From Herpetosiphon gulosus (GTDB taxonomy: Bacteria > Chloroflexota > Chloroflexia > Chloroflexales > Herpetosiphonaceae): DNA of 64,000 nucleotides. Below, piece by piece: positions 51,385 through 61,539 of this stretch (position 1 is its first letter; the number at the start of each line of letters is the position of its first letter). The DNA is taken from the NCBI RefSeq assembly GCF_039545135.1, contig NZ_BAABRU010000004.1, forward strand, positions 322,427-386,426, given 5' to 3'. The position numbers were made by a program, and so were the translations under genes. The notes under the pieces were generated by a model. It did no database searches and was not told the DNA's origin. It was given only the letters and a program-made list of their open reading frames with translations.

Positions 51385-52500
51385 ATGCGCTATTGGTTGT
51401 TGCTTCTCGGGCTGGTGTTGTTGAGTGGTTGTGTGAGTCAGCAACAACAAACTGAATTTAATTCCGATGCCAGCGGTGTTTATGAAATTCGACTAGGTTT
51501 TTCGCAACAGTTTCTCGATTTTGCCGAGATGGGCGGAAGCGGCGCAAGCACCGATGTGCTCGATGATGCCCTCAGCGAATTAGGCTCAATCGCCGATTTA
51601 CTGCCTGCTGAATGGCAAGCCAGCAACGAAAATTGGACCAGTGAAGATGGTCAGTATCGGGGCACGTTAATTCGCATGCAATTTCGCGATTTGGCGATGC
51701 TCAAAGAGCAATTGACCAGCAGCGAATTAAACGAACTCTATAGTTTGGTGCGTTTTGAGGATGTGGCAATTGAGCAAAACGGCAATGAAGTTCAGCTCAA
51801 GGCAACTGTCAAAAACGGTCAAAGTTCAATGTTGGGCAGCCAAGAATCAGGCGAGCTGTTTGGCTCCGGCTTGATTGCTAGCCCCACCACCAGCTGGACA
51901 ATTCGCTTTCCTGAATCAATTAGCACTTGGAACGAGCGCGAAATTGCCACGCTCAACGAAGCACAAACCAGCATCACCTATGATTTTCCCTATCCTTTGA
52001 GCCGCGATTATCAGCTTGAAATTGTGGGTACGTTGAGTGCTGGCGTGCCGCAATGGGCTTTGTGGGGCGTTGGCGGTTTGGTTGGAGTTGGGTTGCTGTT
52101 GGTAGGCGTTGGCTTTATCTTGAGCCGCCGCAAACCCAGCACCCAGCCGTATGATTTAGTGCCTGCTGGCCCAAGCAGCGATTACCCAGCCTATCAAACT
52201 GGTAGTCAAACCACTCCATTAGCAGCATCAAGCTATCAACCCAAGCCTGAAAGCTACCAACCAAGCGATAGCGTTGCAGCCTATCAACCCAAACCTGAGA
52301 GCTACCAGCCAAGTGATAGCATTTCGCCGTATGCACCAAAACCAACAGGTTATCAAGCGCCAACACCCTCAGCTCAAGCCAGCAACAGCTACGAACAGCC
52401 AACCACATTTGGCTCAGCCCCAACAGAATTTGGTGGCCGCACGCCAACCCGTTCACTGGGCAGTTGGCAAGAGTCTAACGATGATCCTCAAAGCCGATAG
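51385..52500 (+). CDS. Lipoprotein with C-terminal TM anchor and YQPKPESYQPSDS-repeat tail (paralog 2)
   Basis: Lipobox LVLLSGC. RBS ACGGAGG. TM ALWGVGGLVGVGLLLVGVGFIL. 48-bp tandem DNA repeat at 52235-52330. Confidence 0.6.
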   Translation: MRYWLLLLGLVLLSGCVSQQQQTEFNSDASGVYEIRLGFSQQFLDFAEMGGSGASTDVLDDALSELGSIADLLPAEWQASNENWTSEDGQYRGTLIRMQFRDLAMLKEQLTSSELNELYSLVRFEDVAIEQNGNEVQLKATVKNGQSSMLGSQESGELFGSGLIASPTTSWTIRFPESISTWNEREIATLNEAQTSITYDFPYPLSRDYQLEIVGTLSAGVPQWALWGVGGLVGVGLLLVGVGFILSRRKPSTQPYDLVPAGPSSDYPAYQTGSQTTPLAASSYQPKPESYQPSDSVAAYQPKPESYQPSDSISPYAPKPTGYQAPTPSAQASNSYEQPTTFGSAPTEFGGRTPTRSLGSWQESNDDPQSR

Positions 52501-53567
52501 GGCGCATGGGGCGCAGCATTCGGTTTATTCAGGGTTTGAATCTGGTTAATCGCTGCTAGCGGCCCGATAATCACCAATTGATCGCCGCTGCTCAAGCGTT
52601 CATCGCCGCGTGGGCGTAAATCTTCGCCATTACGCCCACGCCGATAAAGCACCGAAATATCGTGCTGATTTTCAACCGTCTGGATCAAGCGTCCATCAAA
52701 AATGCCATCGCGGGCAACCGTAATCTCCACCGTCGAGAGTAACTTGCCTGCCACATACAAGGCGTTGGTAATGCCGCGACCCAAGGCAGCAGCGGCAAGC
52801 GTTGGAGCCGCCAGCGCCGAAGTGCTAAATGCGGTCTGAATATGAAAGGCTGAGCTGAGTTTGCTTGCCAATGAATCGTTAAAAACCCGCATCACAATAT
52901 GAATATCAGGGTGCGATTCGCGGGCGGTCAAAGCAATATCGAGATTGGTCAAATCGTCGCCAGTAACCACGGTGAGCGAGGTAGCATGGCGTAAGCCTGC
53001 TTCGTGCAGCAGTTCTGGCTGACGAGCATCGCCAATAATCACTGGCACATGCTGGCCCATCACCAATTCATGAAACGGCCCATCGCTATGAGCATCGATC
53101 ACCACCACATCGCAGCCACTGGCCAGCAATTGCCCAACCACCCGATAGCCAATTTTGCCCAAACCACACACAATAATATGATCACGATAGGTTGATGCTA
53201 ACGCCATTTGCCAAGCCTCCCGCCGATTGCGTTTATCGAAGAGCAAAATACCCATATTGAGCGCACCGCGCGCCAGCAAAATAATATTCAAGGCTGGCGC
53301 GAGATAAAACAGCACTTGCAGCCACCATGGCTCAGGCAGTGGCACAGGGTTGAGCGTCATTTGGCTAAATGCTTGATATAGCGCTTGGTTAAAAGCCAAA
53401 ACAGGGCGCGTGCCTGCCCAAATTGCCAAGGTAAACCCCAACCACAACAAGAGCCATAAGCCCAGCCAAATTCCCGAATCGCGAAACACAATCCAACCAT
53501 CGCGCAACGAGGCTGCGATCAGTCGTCTCCAACGCGCTTTGCGACTAGGGGTTTTGGTTGGTTTCAT
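52488..53567 (-). CDS. Membrane protein with TrkA-N (RCK) and TrkA-C domains; K+ channel-like but without a canonical selectivity filter
   Basis: Two N-terminal TM helices. NAD-binding HIIVCGLGKIGYRVVGQL. TrkA-C ...GDQLVIIGP. No T-x-G-Y-G-D motif found. Confidence 0.6.
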   Translation of the reverse strand: MKPTKTPSRKARWRRLIAASLRDGWIVFRDSGIWLGLWLLLWLGFTLAIWAGTRPVLAFNQALYQAFSQMTLNPVPLPEPWWLQVLFYLAPALNIILLARGALNMGILLFDKRNRREAWQMALASTYRDHIIVCGLGKIGYRVVGQLLASGCDVVVIDAHSDGPFHELVMGQHVPVIIGDARQPELLHEAGLRHATSLTVVTGDDLTNLDIALTARESHPDIHIVMRVFNDSLASKLSSAFHIQTAFSTSALAAPTLAAAALGRGITNALYVAGKLLSTVEITVARDGIFDGRLIQTVENQHDISVLYRRGRNGEDLRPRGDERLSSGDQLVIIGPLAAINQIQTLNKPNAAPHAPYRL

Positions 53568-55426
53568 GCTTGATACATTGCCTCGCTCGCTCCCTCACGC
53601 AGTTGTTGATCGGCCTGTTGAATTGTACTAGCTGTGCCAATCAAGGTTAGTTGATCGGCTGCTTGCAATTGGGTTTGGCCATCGGGCACAAATAAATTGC
53701 CCGCTCGCCGAATTGCCACAATCAAGACATTACTTGGCAAATTAAGCTGTTTCAACGGCTTGCCAACCACTCGCGGATTCGATACTTCAACTTCGTAAAT
53801 GCTTTGATCGGCTTGATGGCTTAAGAGCATGCTCATGGCTGATGGGCCTTGAACTAACTGGGTCAGGGCATCAACCGACGCTTGCAAGGGATTTAAAACT
53901 GTGATACCAAGATCGCGCAAAACACTGCTGGTACTCTCATTTTCAGCCCGAGCCACAATTGTTGCGACCTTGAAATGCGAACGCACCACCTGGCTCACCA
54001 ACAGATTGAGTTTATCACTCGGGGTCAAGGCTACAACCGCTTTGGCCCGTTCAACGCCAGCTTTACGCAACACTTGCAGATCAGTCGCATCGCCAGTAAT
54101 TGTGCTAATGCCATGGTGGCGCACCCGATCGATCAACTGTTGATCAGTATCGATCACTACCACATCGTGATGTTGGCTATGCAGTTGGCGGGCAAACAGC
54201 TGGCCTAAATCATTCGCGCCAATAACTAAGGTGGTCATCGGTTCAACTCCTAACAAACGTGCAAACAGCGGGGTAGTGAAGCTTTGCAGCACAACCGTGC
54301 CAATCACGGTCATAAACACCAAGCCAATCAATAAATTGCCCCCAGCAAATCCAGCTTCGTCCAATGAGATCGCTGCAAAGGTGGCAACCGAAGCGGCCAC
54401 AACTCCGCGTGGGCAAACTGCGGCAATAAAGGCCCGTTCGCGCCAGGTTAAGGTTGAACCAAGCGTTGAGGCAAAGACACACAATGGCCGCACCACCACA
54501 ATCATCAACACAACCGCTAATACGCCCCACCAACCAAGCGCGGCCAAATCGGCAAATTTCAAACGAGCTGCTAGCAAAATAAAAATAATCGTAATTGCCA
54601 GCATGGTTAGGTCGCCCTTGAACAAGACAACTTCTTCTTCGTGGGGAAAATCGATATTGCCAACCGCAATCCCTGAAACTGCTGCTGCCGCAATGCCAGC
54701 TTCATGCGAAATCGCTTCAGCAATGATAAAGATTGCGATTGCGCCACCCAACGCGCTCAAACGAGTGGTTTCAGCATTGAGCTTCGAGCCGATAAAGCGC
54801 AGCGCATAGGCTAAGCCAATGCCGCCAACCAAACCAATCAACGAGCCAATCAGCAAGCGTTCGGCCCAATCGAAGGCTCCGCTAATGGTTGTGCCGCTGG
54901 TGAGCAAGACATCGAGCACAACCACCGCCAAAATAGCCCCAACCGCATCAACCAATACGCCTTCAGCTTGCAACAACACTTTTAAGCGTTCTTTGGCATT
55001 GCTGCGCCGCATCAAAGGCGTAATCACGGTTGGCCCAGTGACGCTCATCAATGCCCCAAACAAGGTTGCCAGTGGCCATGATAAGCCCGCCACAAAATGC
55101 GCTACCAAGGTTGCACTACCCCATGTCACTAAGGCTCCAACACTCATCAACATTTGCAATGGGTACGATAAACGGCGCAAATCGTTGATATCGAGCACCA
55201 AACCACCCTCAAATACAATAATCGCCACAAACAACGGAATCAACACCCGCAGCCCAACGCCTAAGGCCGATGGATCAACCAAGCCAAAAACTTCGGGGCC
55301 AACGATCACTCCCACCAACAGCAACAAGACAATCGACGGGATGCCAATCCGTTCAGCAAGCACGAAGGTGGCGATGCCAAAACAAATCACCATCCCCGCC
55401 ATCAACAGCAAACTATGTGCATCCAT
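53564..55426 (-). CDS. Cation/proton antiporter (CPA family) fused to C-terminal TrkA-N/TrkA-C (RCK) regulatory domains
   Basis: About 11 TM helices, then [16 protein letters not shown] (Rossmann) and the TrkA-C-like ...ADQLTLIGT. Overlaps the downstream gene by 4 nt. Confidence 0.75.
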   Translation of the reverse strand: MDAHSLLLMAGMVICFGIATFVLAERIGIPSIVLLLLVGVIVGPEVFGLVDPSALGVGLRVLIPLFVAIIVFEGGLVLDINDLRRLSYPLQMLMSVGALVTWGSATLVAHFVAGLSWPLATLFGALMSVTGPTVITPLMRRSNAKERLKVLLQAEGVLVDAVGAILAVVVLDVLLTSGTTISGAFDWAERLLIGSLIGLVGGIGLAYALRFIGSKLNAETTRLSALGGAIAIFIIAEAISHEAGIAAAAVSGIAVGNIDFPHEEEVVLFKGDLTMLAITIIFILLAARLKFADLAALGWWGVLAVVLMIVVVRPLCVFASTLGSTLTWRERAFIAAVCPRGVVAASVATFAAISLDEAGFAGGNLLIGLVFMTVIGTVVLQSFTTPLFARLLGVEPMTTLVIGANDLGQLFARQLHSQHHDVVVIDTDQQLIDRVRHHGISTITGDATDLQVLRKAGVERAKAVVALTPSDKLNLLVSQVVRSHFKVATIVARAENESTSSVLRDLGITVLNPLQASVDALTQLVQGPSAMSMLLSHQADQSIYEVEVSNPRVVGKPLKQLNLPSNVLIVAIRRAGNLFVPDGQTQLQAADQLTLIGTASTIQQADQQLREGASEAMYQA

Positions 55427-55533
55427 ATAACTCCTTTCTGTGCGCCTTGCCAGATTGACACAAACCTAAGCTATGTTATGCTATTATTGTTAGGTTTGTC
55501 GTTTAACTTAGTTAACAAAAGGACTCAAACCAT

Positions 55534-56461
55534 GGCGCGGATTTATGACAACATTACCCAACTTATCGGCAACACGCCGCTGGTGCGCTTGGGCAAGGTT
55601 AATACCACGGGGGCGACGGTATTAGCCAAGCTTGAGTTTTTCAACCCAGCCAGCAGCGTCAAAGATCGGATTGGCTTGGCGATGATCGAGGCAGCGGAGG
55701 CCGCCGGTCTGATCAATCCAAACGATACCACGATTATCGAGCCAACCAGTGGCAATACGGGAATTGGTTTAGCATTTGTGGCCGCCGCCAAAGGCTACCG
55801 TATTGTGCTAACCATGCCAGAAACCATGAGCTTGGAACGGCGCAAATTGCTCAAAGGCTTTGGAGCTGAATTAGTTTTGACTCCAGGCTCCGAGGGCATG
55901 CCCGGGGCAATTCGTCGCGCCGAAGAATTGGCCGCCGAAAATCCAGGTAGCTTTATTCCGCAACAATTCAAAAATAAAGCCAACCCAGCAGTTCACCAAC
56001 GCACCACCGCCGAAGAAATTTGGAATGATACCGATGGCGCTGTCGATATTTTGGTGGCTGGGGTTGGCACTGGTGGCACCATCACAGGGGTTGCCTCGGT
56101 GCTGAAAGAACGCAAACCAGGCTTTAAGGCAATTGCGGTCGAGCCAACTGCCTCGCCAGTGCTTTCTGGTGGCAAAATGGGGCCGCACAAAATCCAAGGC
56201 ATCGGCGCTGGCTTTGTGCCCGATGTGCTCGATACCAGCGTGATCGATGAAATTATTCAAGTTACCAATGAAAATGCTTTTGAATGGGCCCGCAAATTGG
56301 CTCACGAAGAAGGCTTGATGGTCGGGATTAGCTCAGGGGCCGCCGCGTGGGCCGCCTTGCAAGTAGCTGCCCGCCCCGAAAATGCTGGTAAAACGATTGT
56401 CTTTATTGTGCCAAGCAACGGCGAACGCTACCTCAGCACACCATTATTTGATGCTGAGTAG
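55534..56461 (+). CDS. cysK: Cysteine synthase A (O-acetylserine sulfhydrylase, PLP-dependent)
   Basis: [23 protein letters not shown] lysine motif ...[11 protein letters not shown], glycine loop [10 protein letters not shown]. Confidence 0.9.
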
Positions 56462-56595
56462 GATTTAGGGGTCAGGGGCTAGTTGCCAGGGTCCAGAAAA
56501 GCTAGAAGTAATTTTAACGCAGAGGCGCAGAGTCTTGATAAGGATGAAGGCGGTTTCAACCTGATTCCTAGCCCTGACAACTGATCCCTAAAAAT
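56461..56595. repeat. Composite repeat (module C ggggtcaggggctag..., module E ttttaacgcagaggcgcagag, then inverted C-like cctgattcctagccctgacaactgatccc)
   Basis: Same modules as the 37800-38100 element. Confidence 0.75.
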
Positions 56596-56598
56596 CTA

Positions 56599-56640
56599 AC
56601 ACCCTCAGCACCGAACCATGCTGAGGGTGTCGAATTTTTA
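56599..56640. terminator. Bidirectional rho-independent terminator (caccctcagca-ccgaaccatg-ctgagggtg) flanked by T-runs on both strands
   Basis: Perfect 10-bp stem. tcgaattttta follows on the + strand, and a T-rich RC (tagattttta) lies on the - strand 3' of the 56654 gene. Confidence 0.65.
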
Positions 56641-56653
56641 GCAATTCGTGAAA

Positions 56654-56883
56654 CTAGGCGGCTGGAGGAGGAGCTTCGTCGCCGTCGATGCCTAATTTAT
56701 CTTTGGCGGCTTCATACACATCGCTGGCTTTATCGCCGACGACTTCGGCAACATCACTAATTTTTTCGGCAGCTTGCTCGGCTAAATCGCCTGCTTTTTC
56801 AGCGGCATCGCCGATAAATTCACCAACCGACTCGGCGACATCCTTGGCTTTATCAACCAAATTTTCGAAAAACCCTGGTTCAT
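56654..56883 (-). CDS. Small acidic protein built of ~11-residue amphipathic repeats (LEA/CsbD-like?)
   Basis: MTDNEPGFFENLVDKAKDVAESVGEFIGDAAEKAGDLAEQAAEKISDVAEVVGDKASDVYEAAKDKLG. RBS GGAGGA 6 nt upstream of the ATG. Confidence 0.55.
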
Positions 56884-56998
56884 TATCAGTCATGGGGTTT
56901 CCTCCGAAATGCCACGTGGTATCTACCACGATCTCTTGCTTAGCTCTATTGTAGTAGATTCAGGCCAACTTACAAGTAGCAATTTGGTTCCATTCTGC

Positions 56999-58234
56999 TC
57001 AGATCGAGCCAGCCTTGGCCTGCTGTTCGCCCAATGTCGGTTGGTTTGGCACACGCGGCAAGCTCAATGAGATCATGGCTGTGATTGCACTCAGCAAGGC
57101 CGCTGCCCATAAACAGCCTGCCAACCCATAGCTTTGATAGAGCAGGCCTGAAAGAATTGTGCCAAGCAAGCGACCCAAGGCATTGGCCATATAGTAGAAA
57201 CCTACATTCAAAGCCACATCATCCTGATCGGTATAGGCTAAAATGAGGTAGGAGTGCACCGCCGAATTCAGCGCAAAGATAAACCCAAAGCCAATTAAGC
57301 CCACCACAACCACGACTGCCGATTGTTGGTTGATTTGCACAACGCTGGCAATCGCCGCCATAATCAGCATCAACAAGCCAGCCAAAATTGTTGCCGCCCA
57401 ACCGTTGGGCGTGGTTTGCCAGCGGCGGGTTATCTGTGGCGCGAGCGCTTGAATCAGGCCATAGCCAATTACCCACAAGGCCAAATAGCCGCCAGCCTGC
57501 CAAAACGACCAACCAAGCACTTCACTGAGAAAAACTGGCAAGCCGACCACAAACCAAACATCTCGCGCTGCAAACAAAAAACAACGCGCTGCTGAAAGCA
57601 GATTGATCGCGCGGCTTTTGGCAAAGAGTTGCTGCCACTTTGGCTTGGCTTTGCTACGCCCCAAATCGTGTTGCAAAAAGATCCAAGTGCCGATTGCTGC
57701 CATAGCAATCAAACTCGCAAGCACGGCGAAGGCACTGCGAAAGCCAATGGTGCTCAATAATAGGCTACCCAAGAAAAAGCCCACGCCTTTGAGCGCATTT
57801 TTCGAGCCAGTCAAAATGGCTACCCATTTGAACAAGGTCGATTGAGCATCTTCAGCCACCAACATTTTGATACTGCTCTTGGCGCTCATTTTGGTCAGAT
57901 CTTTGGCGATGCCCGAGCCAGCTTGCGCCAACATCACATAAGGCACGCTGAGCCAAGCACTGGGCACAACCATCATGCCCAAGGCGACAACTTGTAACAC
58001 CAAGCCAGCATGCAACGTGCGATTCAGGCCAAAACGTGTGCCCAGCCAGCCACCAAATAAATTGGTAACCACCCCAAATACTTCATAGAAAATAAAGAGC
58101 GCCGCTACCGCCAAGGCACCATAGCCAAGTTGATGAAAATGAAACAAAACCAACATACGCAACGCACCATCGGTCAAAGTAAATGCCCAATAGGCGGCGG
58201 TAACAATCGCATATTCTTTGAATTGTTGCTGCAT
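56999..58234 (-). CDS. arsJ: MFS transporter, ArsJ-like (organoarsenical/1-arseno-3-phosphoglycerate efflux permease) by context
   Basis: 12-TM MFS, 411 aa, immediately downstream of and co-directional with GAPDH and the ArsR-ArsC gene. This matches the known gapdh-arsJ pairing. Confidence 0.6.
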   Translation of the reverse strand: MQQQFKEYAIVTAAYWAFTLTDGALRMLVLFHFHQLGYGALAVAALFIFYEVFGVVTNLFGGWLGTRFGLNRTLHAGLVLQVVALGMMVVPSAWLSVPYVMLAQAGSGIAKDLTKMSAKSSIKMLVAEDAQSTLFKWVAILTGSKNALKGVGFFLGSLLLSTIGFRSAFAVLASLIAMAAIGTWIFLQHDLGRSKAKPKWQQLFAKSRAINLLSAARCFLFAARDVWFVVGLPVFLSEVLGWSFWQAGGYLALWVIGYGLIQALAPQITRRWQTTPNGWAATILAGLLMLIMAAIASVVQINQQSAVVVVVGLIGFGFIFALNSAVHSYLILAYTDQDDVALNVGFYYMANALGRLLGTILSGLLYQSYGLAGCLWAAALLSAITAMISLSLPRVPNQPTLGEQQAKAGSI

Positions 58235-58243
58235 GGTTGGCTC

Positions 58244-59257
58244 CTAGCCTGCCTGAAGTTGGGCGACCTTGGCGGCTAGCTCCAACATGCGATTAACATA
58301 GCCAATTTCGTTGTCGTACCAAGCCATAATTTTCAGTTGGGTTTGGTTGGTAACAGTCGTCAGCGCTGCATCAATAATCGCCGAACGTGGATCACCTTTG
58401 TAATCAACTGAAACTAAAGGCCGTTCTTCATAGCCCAAAATACCTTTGAGCGCTCCACGACTAGCCTCAGCCAAAGCCCGATTAACCTCTTCGCTCGTAG
58501 TTGGTCGGGCCAGTTCAAAGACACAATCGGTCAGCGAGGCATTCAACAAGGGCACGCGAATCGCTACCCCATCTAAACGACCTGCTAATTCTGGAAAGAT
58601 CATGCCAATTGCGCTGGCTGAGCCTGTGCTGGTGGGAATCAGCGATTGGCTAGCGGCGCGGGCACGGCGTAAATCTTTATGCGGCGCATCGATCAAATTT
58701 TGGGTATTAGTCATATCGTGAATTGTGGTGATCATGCCGTGTTTGATACCAAACTGTTCATGCACCACTTTGACGATGGGAGCTAAACAATTGGTTGTGC
58801 ACGAGGCGGCAGTTAATAAACGATGCTGTAGTGGATCATAGAGCTGATCATTGACTCCCATCACAATGTTGAGTGCGCCGTGCTTAACAGGTGCGGCAAC
58901 GATCACAGTTTTGACTCCAGCCGCAAAATAACCCGCTAGTTGTTCGGGGCTACGAAATTTGCCTGAACATTCCAGCACCAGATCAACGTCATGGCTCGCC
59001 CAATCGGTTGCTTCAATTGTCGCATGATTGCTATAACTCAGGCGTTGTTGATCGATGATCAGGGCTTGGGCTTCGGCCTGCACAGCTTGGTTCCAGCGGC
59101 CATGAACTGAATCGAAGGCCAGCAAATGCGCAGCAGTCGCAGCCTCGCCTTTAAGTTCGTTGATATGTACCCATTCAAATCCTGGGCGATTCCAGCCAGC
59201 CCGTAATGCTAGCCGCCCCATTCGCCCAAAACCATTAATGCCAATTCGTAAAGCCAT
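58244..59257 (-). CDS. gap: Type I glyceraldehyde-3-phosphate dehydrogenase (ars-operon-associated paralog)
   Basis: [14 protein letters not shown]-binding motif. Active-site [10 protein letters not shown]. 1-nt TAATG overlap with the upstream arsR-arsC stop. Confidence 0.85.
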   Translation of the reverse strand: MALRIGINGFGRMGRLALRAGWNRPGFEWVHINELKGEAATAAHLLAFDSVHGRWNQAVQAEAQALIIDQQRLSYSNHATIEATDWASHDVDLVLECSGKFRSPEQLAGYFAAGVKTVIVAAPVKHGALNIVMGVNDQLYDPLQHRLLTAASCTTNCLAPIVKVVHEQFGIKHGMITTIHDMTNTQNLIDAPHKDLRRARAASQSLIPTSTGSASAIGMIFPELAGRLDGVAIRVPLLNASLTDCVFELARPTTSEEVNRALAEASRGALKGILGYEERPLVSVDYKGDPRSAIIDAALTTVTNQTQLKIMAWYDNEIGYVNRMLELAAKVAQLQAG

Positions 59258-60030
59258 TATTTGCTCCCTTCGCGTTGTTGGCGCTCAATGGTGGTCAGTA
59301 AAAAACGAATACGGGTCATCAGTTGCTGGGCGGTGGTTTCAATTGCAGCGGCTTGGGCTAGTTCGCTGGTTTCACGCAATGGGTCGGCAAAACTCCAGTG
59401 CATACTGGTGGGGTGGCCAGCAAGCGTTGGGCATTGTTCGCGTGCTCGATCGCAGACCGTAATCACATAGTCGAAATCTTGCTCAAGGTAGGGCTGGAGT
59501 GCCTTGGAATATAAGCCAGCGCTGGAAATCTTTTTTTCGGCCAAGGTTGCTAGAACCAAGTGATGCACCTCGGCAGGTTGGGTTCCGGCGCTCACTACAT
59601 CGAGCATGGAGCCGCCAATATGGCGGGTAATTGCCTCAGCTAGTTGCGAGCGAGCACTGTTGTGGGTGCACAAATATAAAATTCGCACTGGTTTGGTGAG
59701 TTGATAGGTTTGGCTAGTTGATTTACCAGCAAATGGATCAAGATCAGGGTGCAGGGCTTGAGCGCTAGCTTGATAGGCCGTTTGCAAGGTGGGCAAATCG
59801 AGATGGTAATAGACATCACGGCCATCGGCTTCGCTACGGCGTTCGATCACCAAGGCAGCTTCACGCAACAGCCGTAAATGATATGAAACCACATTCATCG
59901 GCGCTTGCAAGACCGCCACACATTCATGCACCCGATAATCGCTATGGACTAAAAGTTGTAACAAGCGCCAACGAAGATCATGCGCTAGCAATTTGAGCAC
60001 GGCAGGTGGTTCAAGCCCAAGGCTTTGCAT
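59257..60030 (-). CDS. arsR-arsC: ArsR-family HTH repressor fused to a LMW-PTP-type (thioredoxin-coupled) arsenate reductase ArsC domain
   Basis: Ars[52 protein letters not shown]-terminal domain [17 protein letters not shown] ... [13 protein letters not shown] conserves the three Cys of B. subtilis-type ArsC (CX5R P-loop plus C..C pair). Confidence 0.75.
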   Translation of the reverse strand: MQSLGLEPPAVLKLLAHDLRWRLLQLLVHSDYRVHECVAVLQAPMNVVSYHLRLLREAALVIERRSEADGRDVYYHLDLPTLQTAYQASAQALHPDLDPFAGKSTSQTYQLTKPVRILYLCTHNSARSQLAEAITRHIGGSMLDVVSAGTQPAEVHHLVLATLAEKKISSAGLYSKALQPYLEQDFDYVITVCDRAREQCPTLAGHPTSMHWSFADPLRETSELAQAAAIETTAQQLMTRIRFLLTTIERQQREGSK

Positions 60031-60108
60031 AATAATACTCCAAATCAAAATGATTCAAATTATTTTGAAGTATATTCGAGGTATTAGCAAAAAGCAAGCT
60101 AGCATTTT

Positions 60109-60330
60109 GATCCACGAAGCGCACGAAGTTATTTTAGCCACGAATTGCACAAATTATGCTTTTGTGATCCCCAATGTACTACAGCTCAGTGCTATGCGTA
60201 ATGTCTGACCCCTAGCCCCTGAATCCTGACCCCTGACCTCTATTTTGCCTTTTGCCTTTTGATTTTCATCCCTCATTATTCATCCTTCATCCTTTCCTAT
60301 GCTACTCTGTGGCATGCGAATTGCCGCAAC
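60109..60330. repeat. Composite repeat upstream of mscS: module A (gatccacgaagcgcacgaag), module C (tgacccctagcccctgaatcctgacccctgacc), module D (catccctcattattcatccttcatcc) with conserved tail tttcctatgctactctgtggcatg
   Basis: The tail matches the tail of the 35277-35336 element, which also sits immediately upstream of a + strand gene. Confidence 0.75.
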
Positions 60331-60362
60331 GTTTGGCGAAAAATAGCTAGCAGAGGAACCCT

Positions 60363-61178
60363 ATGTTCGATTGGATTCAACCTTATTTACCACCTGTAAA
60401 TAGCGTTTCTTACTATATGTTGCGGGGCACACTGACGTTTTTGCTGGTGGCAGTCGCCGCACGCGCGATTAGCATCATCATTCGGCGAGCCTTTCTCTCG
60501 AATGCCCAATTACTGCGCCATAACCTCAGCGAGCGCCGCCGTAAGACCTTGCGCTCCTTGGTTTCATCGCTGACCAATGGCTTGGCAATTTTGATCTCGC
60601 TGTTTTTGATTATGGGCATGTTTATTCAGCCAAGTGCCTTATTTACCTTTTTGGGCTTGTTTAGTGCGGGCTTGGGGTTTAGTGCGCGGCCTTATGTTAG
60701 CGATTTTCTGGGCGGAATTACGCTACTATTTGAAGATCAATTTGCGTTAGGCGATAAAGTGGAGATTGGTGATCGGCAGGTGGTGGGTTGTGTTGAACGA
60801 ATTAGTTTGCGTATGACCTATATTCGCGGCGAGTCGGGCGAACTTTGGCTGGTGCCCAATGGCGATATTCGCACCATTCGCAATTTTACTCGTGGCAAAT
60901 GGTCGCCAGCCAGCATCAAATTGACCGTGCCAACTACCAAACTTGATGAAACCATGATCGTTCTGCACCAAATTATCAGCGATCCAGGTGATGATGTGAT
61001 TGAAACACCTGAAATCATCAGCGAAGATGGCGAAATTGGTGCAGTCACGACCACGATTACATTAAAAGTTAAGGCGCGTTACAGTATGGCTCCGGCAGTG
61101 CGTGAGCGCTTGATCACTCAATTGCAAGCGGCGTTAACTGAGCACCATGTGTTGGCTGCGGATGAAAATCGGGAATAG
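60363..61178 (+). CDS. Small-conductance mechanosensitive channel (MscS family)
   Basis: 3 TM helices, then the MscS beta-domain signature FEDQFALGDKVEIGDRQVVGCVERISLRMTYIRGESGELWLVPNGDI. Confidence 0.8.
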   Translation: MFDWIQPYLPPVNSVSYYMLRGTLTFLLVAVAARAISIIIRRAFLSNAQLLRHNLSERRRKTLRSLVSSLTNGLAILISLFLIMGMFIQPSALFTFLGLFSAGLGFSARPYVSDFLGGITLLFEDQFALGDKVEIGDRQVVGCVERISLRMTYIRGESGELWLVPNGDIRTIRNFTRGKWSPASIKLTVPTTKLDETMIVLHQIISDPGDDVIETPEIISEDGEIGAVTTTITLKVKARYSMAPAVRERLITQLQAALTEHHVLAADENRE

Positions 61179-61470
61179 CATCGCCAGTTAAGGCATCGTA
61201 GGAAACTGCATCGGCAGGCTCACGCAACAGTGATTTGACCCGTGGCCAAAAGCCACGGAAAAACTCTGAGCGGCGATAGCGTTGCAAATCACGGCCTGAT
61301 TCCCAAGTACTCCAGGTTGCAAAGGCGGTTGGGTCGCCAGTTTCACGTAAAAGCGATAAGGCCAAACAGCCTTCTTGATGGCGAATTGTTGGCTCGCATT
61401 CAGCATAAAATGCAAGAAATTCTGCTACATGTTCGGGGGCAAATTTTAACCGAACTAAGCGCACAACCAT
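61114..61470 (-). CDS. Antibiotic-biosynthesis-monooxygenase (ABM/Dabb) domain protein
   Basis: MVVRLVRLKFAPEHVAEFLAFYAECEPTIRHQEGCLALSLLRE...FATWSTWESGRDLQRYRRSEFF; its 3' end overlaps mscS convergently by 65 bp. Confidence 0.6.
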   Translation of the reverse strand: MVVRLVRLKFAPEHVAEFLAFYAECEPTIRHQEGCLALSLLRETGDPTAFATWSTWESGRDLQRYRRSEFFRGFWPRVKSLLREPADAVSYDALTGDAIPDFHPQPTHGAQLTPLAIE

Positions 61471-61539
61471 TGGCGTAGCTCCTTATTGGGAATTGACACA
61501 CAAAGAGGTGGCCGTAACCACAGCGCTATCTTAGCATGC

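Noticed and set aside
54231-55430. Two long + strand ORFs (192 and 203 aa) rich in Thr/Ala/Pro
   Set aside because: Both lie entirely antisense to the CPA antiporter gene. Their low-complexity composition is typical of shadow ORFs in GC-rich coding DNA.
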